Assembly: GCA_965249485.1 (NCBI GenBank)
Contig: OZ252239.1
Location: 1,376,001-1,440,000, forward strand
Length of the DNA stretch: 64,000 nt
Origin: a bacterium
GTDB taxonomy: Bacteria > SM23-31
Reading direction: 5' to 3'
Shown: in pieces, positions 40,267 to 50,331 of the stretch
How the letters are laid out: each line of letters begins with the position of its first letter
Position numbering within the stretch: the first letter of the stretch is position 1
Translations under genes and position numbers: made by a program
Notes under the pieces: model-generated
Databases searched by the model: none
The model's input: the letters and a program-made list of their open reading frames with translations, nothing else
What the model was told of the DNA's origin: nothing

Positions 40267-41635
40267 GTGAAAACATTTCTAAGTTTACTCAAAACTATCA
40301 TTGTGTTAATGTTATTATTTCCGGGACAGGTTTATTCTCAGAGCACAGGTGAATTCAGAACCGTACTCACGAATTGTAATGTGATCGACTGTACCGGAAA
40401 TCCAATGATGGAGGGCATGACCGTCGTGATCACAGGCAATAAAATTACTGAAATCAGTGAAGGTGAGTACAAAGGGGGTGAGGACCCCAACACTCGGATC
40501 CTCGACCTGAACGGCAGCTATGTGCTTCCCGGGTTCTGGAACATGCATTCCCATTTGTCCGATCTACACCCCGATGTCAATAATATTTTAGGAACTGAAC
40601 CATTGCTTCCGGCGGCAATCCGTTCCGGAAGAAACGCAATGGACGCTCTCAAAAGAGGATTCACTTCTTTACGAATGACCGGTGAACGTGATTATATAGA
40701 TATCGCCTGGAGAGACGCTTTTAACGCCGGTGTATTTGTCGGACCCCGCATTTTCGCTTCGGGGAAAATACTTACAGCTACGGAAGGCAATGCGTGGGAA
40801 GCTGAATGGCCTGTGGCAGTATATATTGACGGCCCGTATGAAATGAGAAAAGCAATGAGGGAAAATATAAAAAGAGGTGTTGATTTTATCAAGCTTTCAT
40901 CAAACCGCATGGTGGAAGATGAAATTGTCGAAGCGATACGAATAGCGCATAAAGCTGGATTACGGGTAACAGCGGACATTGATGATCCTATGGCACGGAT
41001 AGCCGTGGAAGCAGGTATTGATTGTATCGAACACGGTACCCCTCTGACCGATGAAACAATCCAACTGATGGCTGAAAAGGACACCTTTTTCGACCCGACA
41101 ATGGCATGTTATCTCAGCACCGAATATATAGTCGACCGTGAATCGCGCATCGCTGATATCGGACTTAACGAAGACCCGAGAATTATCAAAGGGATGATCG
41201 CTGTTTCGAATGCCGACCTCAGACCTCATAGGAACGCCGTGAAACAGCGGGAAATCCTCATGAAAGCTGTCAAAGCTGGTGTAAAAATCATTACCGGAAG
41301 TGATACCAACCCGCTTGGAGATATCGGTTTGCTGGAAATAGAGCAGCTTGTGTTTTCAGGACTTTCCGAGATGCAGGTATTAATAAATGCTACTAGAAAT
41401 TCTGCAGATATGATTGGAATGCTCAATGATCTTGGCACCATCGAAGAAGGAAAACTTGCCGACCTGATCGTCGTTGAGGACAATCCCCTTGATAATATAT
41501 CGAATCTCAGAACACTTACAATGGTTATTTAAGGATGGAAAAATTGTTAATCGCACAAAAGATGAGGGGCAGAAAAGTCTTTGGGAGCTTTACTACAAAA
41601 TGATTGGTCTTTTTAGTTACAAATCTGAAATATAA
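40267..41635 (+). CDS. Exported amidohydrolase-family protein, copy 2, with a frameshift near the 3' end (annotated frame stops at 41532)
   Basis: Near-identical to copy 1; after ATGGTTATTTAAG the shifted frame reads FKDGKIVNRTKDEGQKSLWELYY, matching the copy-1 tail FKDGLPVNLGKNEGQTSFWELYF. Confidence 0.82.
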
Positions 41636-41760
41636 ATCAGTATCCAAACACAATTGTGATCAAGAAAAATTATGAGATATTAGTCAATGATGTTGAAATT
41701 GAACGAAAGAGTATATAAAACTAATATTGTCGTTAATTTATAATTTATATAGAGGTTTAT

Positions 41761-42918
41761 ATGACATTAAATATTGATTTGCCTCATTCGAGAGAGTTGA
41801 TATGTTATCCGGGAAGCATAAAAATTTTACCGGATAAAATTGGCGGAACAAACAAAAAAGTATTTATAATGGGTAGATTTAATAAGTTGAAAATGCCGGT
41901 TGTGTATGATTCAATCATGTCAAGTCTTGAAGATCAAAAACACAAAGTTACCATTTTCGATAAAATAAATTATGAGCCGACGATACAGGACATTGATGAA
42001 GCAGCCGGTATTTGCCGAGATGAACAATGCGATGTAATGGTAACTATTGGAGGTGGAAGCAGCATTGATGCGGCAAAAGCTGTTGCGGTATTAATGAACA
42101 ATCCGGGTTCAGTTCGTGAATACCAGATGGATGAAAAACCTATCACCGAACCGGGTATAAAAATGATCGCCATCCCGACAACTGCGGGAACCGGTGCAGA
42201 AAGTAATTGGGTTTCGGTGGTTACGAATAAAGAAGAGAACATCAAAAAGAGCATAAAACATTCTTATCTTGTTCCTGATGTTGTGCTCATTGATCCAGAA
42301 TTGATGGTTTCTCTTTCTCCTGAGTTTACTGCTCTTACGGGAATAGATGCTTTCTCACATGCCCTGGAAAATATTGTTTCAACAAATTCTAACCATTATA
42401 CACGGGCACTCGATATCAAAGCTATTGAATTAATAGGTAAAAATTTAGTTCGTGCTTACCGGGATGGTACTGATATTGAGGCGCGATATAATATGGCAAT
42501 TGCAAGCTGCATGGCAGGTGTTGCTATTCAGACCGGTGTAGGAAGTGCTCATATGCTTTCACAGCCACTTGGTATGGTTTGTGGAATGAGACACAGTGAA
42601 ACAATTGCCGCAGTCTTAGCGGCAACTATTGAAAGTAATCTTGAATATGCGAAAGATACATATTGTCAGGTCGCCTCGGTACTTATTCCTCATACAAACG
42701 GGAAATCTAGCAATGAAGTAGCGGCGTCGACGGTAACATTTTTTAGAGATATGCTTGAACAACTCGATGTAAGCATAAAACTTTCGGACAGAGGATTGAC
42801 AGAAAGTCAATATCAGGAAGTTTTAGATAATGTCAAGATGTCAACTGCAGGCATCAAAACAAATCCGAGACCCATTGATGACAATGTTTTAATTGAGATA
42901 ATGAATAAGTCAATGTAA
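41761..42918 (+). CDS. Iron-containing alcohol dehydrogenase
   Basis: GGGSSIDAAK, PTTAGTGAE, GIDAFSHALE. Confidence 0.88.
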   Translation: MTLNIDLPHSRELICYPGSIKILPDKIGGTNKKVFIMGRFNKLKMPVVYDSIMSSLEDQKHKVTIFDKINYEPTIQDIDEAAGICRDEQCDVMVTIGGGSSIDAAKAVAVLMNNPGSVREYQMDEKPITEPGIKMIAIPTTAGTGAESNWVSVVTNKEENIKKSIKHSYLVPDVVLIDPELMVSLSPEFTALTGIDAFSHALENIVSTNSNHYTRALDIKAIELIGKNLVRAYRDGTDIEARYNMAIASCMAGVAIQTGVGSAHMLSQPLGMVCGMRHSETIAAVLAATIESNLEYAKDTYCQVASVLIPHTNGKSSNEVAASTVTFFRDMLEQLDVSIKLSDRGLTESQYQEVLDNVKMSTAGIKTNPRPIDDNVLIEIMNKSM

Positions 42919-43054
42919 TTCATCCAGTGAATAGAAGTGCATTCATTGAATCTTTACTCTCCATCGAAGGACTCAAGAAATTCCCAATATATTCGAATGC
43001 GAGTTGTGTCCCTTCATTGTATATAAATGACGTTTATGTAAGGAGGTAAATGAT

Positions 43055-44446
43055 ATGATCAGAAAAACATCACTATTGTTGCTTGTAGTCCTTGTATGCT
43101 GTATTTACGGCAGTACATTTGCGCAGGATACACGATTGAACGCAGGTCAGGATATAAGAAAAATTATTCCCATGCGTGAACGGGTACAAATCGAGCAAAG
43201 TTTCTGGGACTGGAAACGGAAAAATGTCCTTCCGGCAGTTATGCGCGAGCAGGGCGTTGACCTGTGGATTATTCGTAATAACGAAGAACCGCTTTACCGT
43301 ATGACCTCGTACAGAGAGCATCCCGTTTTCACATCACTGCTTCCGGCAAATCATGAAGGCATGGTGCTGCCGAGCAAATTTGCAAAGTCTTCCATGGATG
43401 TCCCTAATTTCCTGTTCTTTTACGATACCGGAGATGACATCGAATATATTGAACCTCAGGACTATGATGAGATAACTCGTTTTGTCAGAGAACGGGACCC
43501 CCGAACAATTGCAATCGGCAGGAATGACAGCGAAGACATGAAAAAAGCCCTTGGCAGCAGATATGCTTCACGCACAGTCGATTCATGGACGCTTGGAGTC
43601 AGGTGGCTGGAAACTATGTCACCCGGGCAGATTAGCATCTATAGATTTGTTCAGGGACTGCATAACGATATTATTGCACAGGGTTTTTCAAACGCCGTTG
43701 TTGTTCCGGATGCAACGACAACAGATGATCTTAATTGGTGGTTCAGACACAAATATCTTGAACTCGATCTCGAGATTGAAAACTACCCTTCAGTCAGAGT
43801 TCAGAGACGGCCGGATTATGTCAAGATGTATGGCAATCCACCTGATTATTTCAGAAATAACAGGACACGGAACGGCATTAATGTCGTAATACGGCGGGGA
43901 GATGTCATAAGTCTTGATTCGGATATCATGCTTATGGGATTGATTACCGACTCCCATCAGCATGCGTATGTATTACAGCGAGATGAAGACGACGTTCCCG
44001 GTGGACTCAAAGAAGCGCTGCGGCTTGTCAACGATATGCAAGACAAATTCAGGAAAGAATTCGTAGCAGGCAAAACCGGTATAGAGATTGTTAAATCAAG
44101 CGAGTCTATTCCGAGAGATCCCCGTTTTATCGAATCGGTTATATGGTTTCATCCTCCGCCTATGTTCATCAGACGATACTCCGAAAACGGGCTCATGTTC
44201 TCCCGTGGATCATATGTTGCGGGAGTTTCTTCCAGCCCCGGATATAAGCTCCATCCCATTGTCAGAAACACGCATACGTTGCATTACAATACCATGTATG
44301 CCTATGAACCGGATATGCGTGTAAGAGTTCCCGGATGGGGAGAAGACGGAATTGCGCTGGGTCTCGGTCAAATAGCCCTCTTTACCGAGGATGGCCTGGA
44401 GTATCTTGACAGACCTCAACACAACGTCTGGCACATTGTAAAGTAA
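43055..44446 (+). CDS. Exported M24-like (Xaa-Pro aminopeptidase fold) protein
   Basis: LPAVMREQGVDLWI, ERDPRTIAI, RRGDVISLD, TDSHQHAYVL. Confidence 0.75.
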   Translation: MIRKTSLLLLVVLVCCIYGSTFAQDTRLNAGQDIRKIIPMRERVQIEQSFWDWKRKNVLPAVMREQGVDLWIIRNNEEPLYRMTSYREHPVFTSLLPANHEGMVLPSKFAKSSMDVPNFLFFYDTGDDIEYIEPQDYDEITRFVRERDPRTIAIGRNDSEDMKKALGSRYASRTVDSWTLGVRWLETMSPGQISIYRFVQGLHNDIIAQGFSNAVVVPDATTTDDLNWWFRHKYLELDLEIENYPSVRVQRRPDYVKMYGNPPDYFRNNRTRNGINVVIRRGDVISLDSDIMLMGLITDSHQHAYVLQRDEDDVPGGLKEALRLVNDMQDKFRKEFVAGKTGIEIVKSSESIPRDPRFIESVIWFHPPPMFIRRYSENGLMFSRGSYVAGVSSSPGYKLHPIVRNTHTLHYNTMYAYEPDMRVRVPGWGEDGIALGLGQIALFTEDGLEYLDRPQHNVWHIVK

Positions 44447-44553
44447 TTCTTATTGAAAAGTATTACACATAATGTATTGAATAGTATAGATTAAATCATC
44501 TTAACTGAGCACTGATATTTAACTGTAAGTATTGAAGCATATGAGGAGTTAAC

Positions 44554-44928
44554 ATGGTTGATCTTATCTTTCTCTCTCTGGGAGCCGCATTTTCGGTTTT
44601 ACGGGGTATTGCACATTTCTTCCCGACAAAATCTGTTGTTAAAGGCTTTGGTGATATTAGCGTCGACAATAAACGAATCATTACAATGGAGTGGATCGTA
44701 GAGGGAGTAGCACTAATCTTCATCGGCCTGCTTGTGGCTGCTGTTACATTCATTGATCCATTAAGTGTCATATCAAGATCTGTATATATCCTCACTATAC
44801 TTGGCCTTATGGTCTTGGCATTTGTTTCATTGTTCACTGGATTCAAGATTAATTTCCTTCCATTCAAGTTATGCCCATTTATCTTTTCGACATCTGCCCT
44901 GCTAATTTTTATTGGAGGTGTTGTTTAG
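44554..44928 (+). CDS. Hypothetical small membrane protein
   Basis: 124-aa ORF, GAGGAG RBS, 3-4 hydrophobic segments. Confidence 0.7.
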   Translation: MVDLIFLSLGAAFSVLRGIAHFFPTKSVVKGFGDISVDNKRIITMEWIVEGVALIFIGLLVAAVTFIDPLSVISRSVYILTILGLMVLAFVSLFTGFKINFLPFKLCPFIFSTSALLIFIGGVV

Positions 44929-45148
44929 AGTAGGATTACGTTCAGTATTGCACTTATAGTGAGCGGTGTAGGGATTCAGAACAATTTGGACGGATGGGGT
45001 TATTCGGTTTTGCTCAGTTATTCCGACTCTTCCAATCATCTAACTAAGGTAAAATCATCCTCAACGGCAGATAAAATCTGACAACACTCTAAGTTTTCAA
45101 CAAACAAATTTAATATAAATCCACATTTTAATAAAAGAAGAGGAAGTC

Positions 45149-46558
45149 ATGAAATATCGAATGATGCTACTATTACTATCTGTGATGTTCACCGTACCAG
45201 TTGCCAATGCACAGCCGGGTGTACATACGGCAAAAACCGGTTCTGAAGTTCTCCGGCTGATACGGAATGAAAAACTTGATCTTATCCTTCCGGGAGTCAT
45301 GCGCGATAATAAGGTGGACATGTGGATTCACGTCACACGTAATGGAGACCCTGATCCCCTGGCTGAGAATTTCGGATCGACGTCGGGTTATCTGATTTTT
45401 ACCGACCTGGGTGATCAGATCGAGCGGGCTGCGTTTGGTTCAGCAGGAGCTGTTGAAAATATTGATGTACGAGGTTCTCGTGACATCGCACGTGCTATTG
45501 CAGGGTATGATTTTCGAACGCAAGACTTCTCCGCTTACGACGAATTGAGAGATTTTGTTGCCGAACGTGATCCGCAGACAATCGCGGTTAATACATCCCG
45601 TTGGCTCGCTATTGCAGACGGAATTTCACATTCACAATTCGTAATATTGGAAAAAATATTGGGGCCGAAATACTCTGCACGAGTTGTCTCGGCAGAGAAT
45701 GTGATCACCGATTTCAGAGTAAGAAGGACACTCAGGGAAGTGGCTCTTATGACCAATGCACTTGAAACACATCGTCAGATTCTTGAACGTGCTTTATCGA
45801 GTGAGGTTATCACACCGGGCGTAACAACATTAGAAGATGTTGGCTGGTGGGTAAAGGAGCAATTTTTTAAGCGGGGTTTAACAAGTGGATTCAGTACCAG
45901 GGTTGGCAGTCCGGGAGTTCTCTATTCTGCAGTTTCCGATCAATCAAAGACAAGTTCACCTCAATATGTCTTACAGCGCGGTGATTTTCTTTCGTTTGAT
46001 ACTGGTGTACGATATCTTGACTACTTTTCAACAGATTATAAACGCAACGCCTATATTATGAGGGAAGGGGAAACAAGTGTTCCTAAGAGTTTACAGCATG
46101 CTTTTGATCGTGCAATAGCAGCTCGCGATATTATTCGGAAACAAATAAAAATCGGCAGAACATCGGGGGAAACCTTGAGAGCAATAATCTTAGCACTTGA
46201 AAAAGCAGACTATATTTATATATCTACAAATGATATGGGATTAGAGGATTACCAGTTGACACAAAAGATGATCGCAAATACTAATAAGTCAGGGGCAGCT
46301 GTCGATCTTCATAGCCAAGGCCATCATGGCGGCAGCCTGGTGACTGTCGGACCCTCGATGGGACCTTTTCGGTCAGACCGTGATCATTTGATGATTCAAG
46401 AGAATCATATTTTTTCTTTAGAATATCTTGTTAGTACAAACCTTCCTGAAAGACCCGGTTTTCCGATTATCATTAATATAGAAGGTAATCACATCGTATC
46501 CAGCCGTGGAGTTGAATTTCTTCATCCGCCAAATGAAAAAATTTTACTGATCCACTGA
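45149..46558 (+). CDS. Exported M24-family metallopeptidase-like protein
   Basis: D(TGV), D(YKR), H(SQG), E(YL), E(GN) ligand set appears complete. Confidence 0.8.
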   Translation: MKYRMMLLLLSVMFTVPVANAQPGVHTAKTGSEVLRLIRNEKLDLILPGVMRDNKVDMWIHVTRNGDPDPLAENFGSTSGYLIFTDLGDQIERAAFGSAGAVENIDVRGSRDIARAIAGYDFRTQDFSAYDELRDFVAERDPQTIAVNTSRWLAIADGISHSQFVILEKILGPKYSARVVSAENVITDFRVRRTLREVALMTNALETHRQILERALSSEVITPGVTTLEDVGWWVKEQFFKRGLTSGFSTRVGSPGVLYSAVSDQSKTSSPQYVLQRGDFLSFDTGVRYLDYFSTDYKRNAYIMREGETSVPKSLQHAFDRAIAARDIIRKQIKIGRTSGETLRAIILALEKADYIYISTNDMGLEDYQLTQKMIANTNKSGAAVDLHSQGHHGGSLVTVGPSMGPFRSDRDHLMIQENHIFSLEYLVSTNLPERPGFPIIINIEGNHIVSSRGVEFLHPPNEKILLIH

Positions 46559-46570
46559 TCCGGTAATTGT

Positions 46571-46605
46571 AAATCGTACAGCCCTATGAGCAAAAAAACG
46601 TGTAA
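46571..46605 (+). repeat. Outlying short core-motif copy
   Basis: AAATCGTACAGCCCTATGAGCAAAAAAACGTGTAA, 12 nt after the M24 stop. Confidence 0.65.
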
Positions 46606-46766
46606 AGGAAAAGTGTTTCTATTAAGTTTCTACTGCAGATGTCCGATTTATTCTGCGGGTTTTACATTTAATGAGTATCTTTTATCAACACATTTCCAAG
46701 TAGTCTCTTTCGGAAGTTTGTAATAATTAATACCAGTTTAAATACGTTACTATGCGGAGGAAATAG

Positions 46767-49175
46767 ATGATACGTTCACTGTATCTATCAGGCTGTATAA
46801 TGTTGATTATGCTTAATGCCGCCGATATTTATGCCCAAACTGAACAACAGCAAGATTTACAGGAAGTAACAATAGGGATAGTAATAGACGGCCCCTGGGA
46901 AAGAAATGATCAGATTCTCAACATGTTTCTGAAGGAAATTTCCGATTTGTTGAGTGGAGAATTTGAAACGAATATTCAAGATGAAAATATTATTACATCA
47001 GATTGGACTGTGGATGGAATACAAAATGCCGTAATTACGCTTCTTAATGATCCTGATATTGATATACTGCTCACTCTTGGCGTTATTGCGTCACATGAAG
47101 TATCATTGTATGAAAATTTACAAAAACCTGTAATAGCACCCTTTGTATTAGATGCACAAGTACAAGATATGCCGTATTCCGAAGGAGTTAGTGGAGTTTC
47201 AAATCTGAATTATTTAACGACTCCGGAAAAATTGATTAGAGACATTCAAGCATTAAGAGAAATTGTAGACCTGGAACATCTAACATTTATTGTTACTGGT
47301 GCGCTATTTGAACATTCTCCACAAATTGAAAATAACATATTAAATATTGCTGCGAATTTAAATATCGAACTGTCTTTAGTAAAAGTTACCGGCGATGCAG
47401 ACGCAGCGTTAGCGAGCATACCGGATAATACAGATGCGGTAATGATAGGGCACATTTTAAGTCTTCCTAAAATTGAGTATAATAAATTAATTTCCGGGAT
47501 AATTGAAAAAAAATTGCCGAGCTTTTCGATTATTGGGAGAATGGATGTAGAAAGTGGTATCCTTGCTACTATAACAACAGAAACACTTTTTCCACGCCGT
47601 GCCAGAAGAGTAGCATTAAATTTACAGCGAATACTACTCGGTGAAAATGCCGGTGATATTCCTGTGAATATTTCAATTGATGAAAAATTCATAATAAACA
47701 TGGCTACTGCCCGGACAATAAATATTTATCCCGGATTTAATGTGTTAACGGAAGCAGAATTGTTAAATCCAATTCGAAAGACAGTTTCAAGAAATTTGAC
47801 ATTAGAATCTGTTATTTTTGAATCGATTGACGTTAACCTTGATTTATTATCACGTCAAAAATCTGTTCAGAGCAATTTCCGAAATATTGCCATAACACGC
47901 TCGAACCTGCTTCCTCATATTGACCTTTCTGCGGAAAACAGAATAATTGACAAAGATCGTGCTCAATCGAGTTTCGGCAGTCAACCCGAACGACTAACTG
48001 CCGGCTCAGCAACAATGAGTCAAATTTTATATTCAGAAAAAGCTTGGGCACAATATGGCATACAAAAAAGCATGCATAATTCTGTACAACTAGAGTATGA
48101 GCAACTTAAACTCGATATAGCATTAGAAACAGCTTCCGCATATCTGAATTTAATGCGTGCACGTGCATTGGAAACAATTGAGAGAGATAACCTCAATGCA
48201 ACCCGTCAAAATCTCGATTTTGCACGTGTCAGACTATCGTTAGGTGTGTCCGGACCTGCAGAAGTATACCGGTGGGAAAGTCAAATAGCGTTACAGAGAA
48301 ATGCGGCTATCAATACTAATGCAATGCGCAACGTTGCAGAAATTGAGCTTAATAGAATTTTGAACAGGCCCTTGGAAGAATCGTTCACCACTGAGGAAGT
48401 TGACATAAATGACCCCGCTCTCTTAAAGAGTAAACAGCGTCTAAATGAATTTTTCGAAAATCCCTGGGATTTTGATATTCTCAGAGATTTTATGGTGCTG
48501 GAAGGTCCCAATACCTCACCAGAATTGAAAGCTATCGATGCGGCTCTTGCGGCGAGGGAACGGCAGTATGTATCAACGAAAAGAGCATATTGGTCGCCGA
48601 CATTGGCGCTACAAGGAAATGCTTCTAATATTTTTTCCCGACAAGGTGCCGGAGTAAGTTCATCAATAAATATCCCGCCGGAATTTAGTAGTGTGTTCCC
48701 TGATCCGGAGGATTTTAGTTGGAGCCTCGGATTAAACCTCAGTTTTCCGCTTCTTGAAGGCGGCGCAAAAATTGCCCGGTTGTCACAATCACGTGATGAA
48801 TTCGATCAGCTTCAAATAGAACGTCAAGCAGTTGTCAATAAAATAGAACAACGCATACGGACTGCTCTTCATTTGTCGGGTGCCTCAAACGCGAATATAT
48901 CACTATCTCGAGCTGGTGCGGAATCAGCTCATCTAAATCTTGAGTTGGTACGTGATGCTTATTTGCAGGGTGTTGTATCAATTGTCGATCTCATCGACGC
49001 TCAAAATAATTCATTAGTTAGTGATCAAAGAGCTGCAAGCGCAATATATGATTTTCTCTTGGATTACTATAATGTTCAAAGAGCGATTGGAGTCTTAGAC
49101 ATATTCAGGAGCCCACAAGATACGGAAGATTTCTTAAATAGGCTTGATCAGTTTGCTCAGGCCTATGAACGTTAA
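46767..49175 (+). CDS. TolC-family outer membrane efflux protein fused to an N-terminal substrate-binding-like domain
   Basis: C-terminal ~460 aa has OEP features (LLPHIDL, AYLNL, Y..GVVSIVDLIDAQ); N-terminal ~330 aa resembles ABC substrate-binding domains (ILLGENAGDIPV, IINMATAR.I); first gene of the RND operon. Confidence 0.8.
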   Translation: MIRSLYLSGCIMLIMLNAADIYAQTEQQQDLQEVTIGIVIDGPWERNDQILNMFLKEISDLLSGEFETNIQDENIITSDWTVDGIQNAVITLLNDPDIDILLTLGVIASHEVSLYENLQKPVIAPFVLDAQVQDMPYSEGVSGVSNLNYLTTPEKLIRDIQALREIVDLEHLTFIVTGALFEHSPQIENNILNIAANLNIELSLVKVTGDADAALASIPDNTDAVMIGHILSLPKIEYNKLISGIIEKKLPSFSIIGRMDVESGILATITTETLFPRRARRVALNLQRILLGENAGDIPVNISIDEKFIINMATARTINIYPGFNVLTEAELLNPIRKTVSRNLTLESVIFESIDVNLDLLSRQKSVQSNFRNIAITRSNLLPHIDLSAENRIIDKDRAQSSFGSQPERLTAGSATMSQILYSEKAWAQYGIQKSMHNSVQLEYEQLKLDIALETASAYLNLMRARALETIERDNLNATRQNLDFARVRLSLGVSGPAEVYRWESQIALQRNAAINTNAMRNVAEIELNRILNRPLEESFTTEEVDINDPALLKSKQRLNEFFENPWDFDILRDFMVLEGPNTSPELKAIDAALAARERQYVSTKRAYWSPTLALQGNASNIFSRQGAGVSSSINIPPEFSSVFPDPEDFSWSLGLNLSFPLLEGGAKIARLSQSRDEFDQLQIERQAVVNKIEQRIRTALHLSGASNANISLSRAGAESAHLNLELVRDAYLQGVVSIVDLIDAQNNSLVSDQRAASAIYDFLLDYYNVQRAIGVLDIFRSPQDTEDFLNRLDQFAQAYER

Positions 49176-49199
49176 CATTGTAAAATTCAAAACAACATT

Positions 49200-50327
49200 G
49201 TGAAGCCGGAGGAAATAAAGTCAAGGTTACCTACATATATTGTAAAAATTGCTTTAATTCAAACAATTATAATTTTCTCTTTCTGCAGCACATCTGAACA
49301 GGAATCGGAAACGATAATTCGTCCTGTCCGGTATCAACAGGTATTTGTCACAGGCGGCAGCAGAATTCGTACCTTTTCAGGTCTGACAAGGGCCGGAACA
49401 GAATCACGGTTAAGTTTTAAAGTCCCCGGTACAGTTCAAACTATGAATGTTGAAGTCGGAGATAGAGTACAAGTCGGCGACCTCATAGGGGAACTAACCC
49501 ATGACGATTTTCAATTGAAAGCACAGCAAGCTGAAGCAGCACTGGAACAGTCTCAAGCATAACAAAGAAATGCCGATGCCAATTATGAGCGTATACGGGG
49601 GCTTTATGAAAATAATAACGCCTCACGAGCAGACCTTGATGCAGCCCGTTCAGCTTATGAATCAACATCAGCAGCTGTAAATGCCGCGGGAAGAAGCCTG
49701 GAATTAGCCCTCTTACAACTAAGTTATTGCAAATTAACGGCACCGTATGCAGGATCAATTGCGGAAGTCAATATTGAGGAAAATGAAAATGTGAGTGCCG
49801 GTAGAGTAGTAGTTCTGCTCACATCGGGGACACGTCCGGAAGTCCGAGTCGGTGTGCCGGAAAGCCTGATTCTGCTTGTCCATGAAGGTGATATTGCAAC
49901 AGTTACATTTGATGCTTTACCGGATAAAGAATTTCAGGCAACCATAACAGAAGTCGGGGTATCGGCATCGGGAGCAGTGACAACTTTTCCGGTAATTGTA
50001 CGGATTATTGATCCACTACCTGACATACGTTCGGGTATGGCAGCGGAGGTATCATTTCGATTTGAGTCGACAGAAAAACGGGATATAATAGTTGTCCCAT
50101 CACAAGCAGTAGGTGAGGATAGAAATGGCAGATATACATTTGTAGTTGAACCAAATGATCCGGGATTTGGAACAATTCAGAGAAGAAATATATCAATCGG
50201 TGATATAACTGTCAACGGACTTGAAGTTATTGAAGGATTGCAGGATGGAGATCTTGTCGTGACAGCTGGGATGAGTAAAATACATGATGGTATGTATGTT
50301 AGACTTCTTGGCACAAAGGAGAACTAA
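49200..50327 (+). pseudogene. RND periplasmic adaptor (MFP) interrupted by an in-frame TAA (49560-49562)
   Basis: LSFKVPG, VGDRV, LTAPYAG, VVPSQAV, GLQDGDLVV; both halves share a frame (EQSQA*QRNADA) and the gap has no other stop. Confidence 0.85.
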
Positions 50328-50331
50328 AGTA

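Larger units (their letters stand above)
37832..41635. repeat. Segmental direct duplication, copy 2
   Basis: See copy 1; offset 9917 nt in the LamG/intergenic part and 9938 nt in the amidohydrolase. Confidence 0.95.

Noticed and set aside
27918..41635. Diversity-generating retroelement (template/variable repeat pair)
   Set aside because: Repeat is kilobases long, differences are not adenine-specific, and no reverse transcriptase is present
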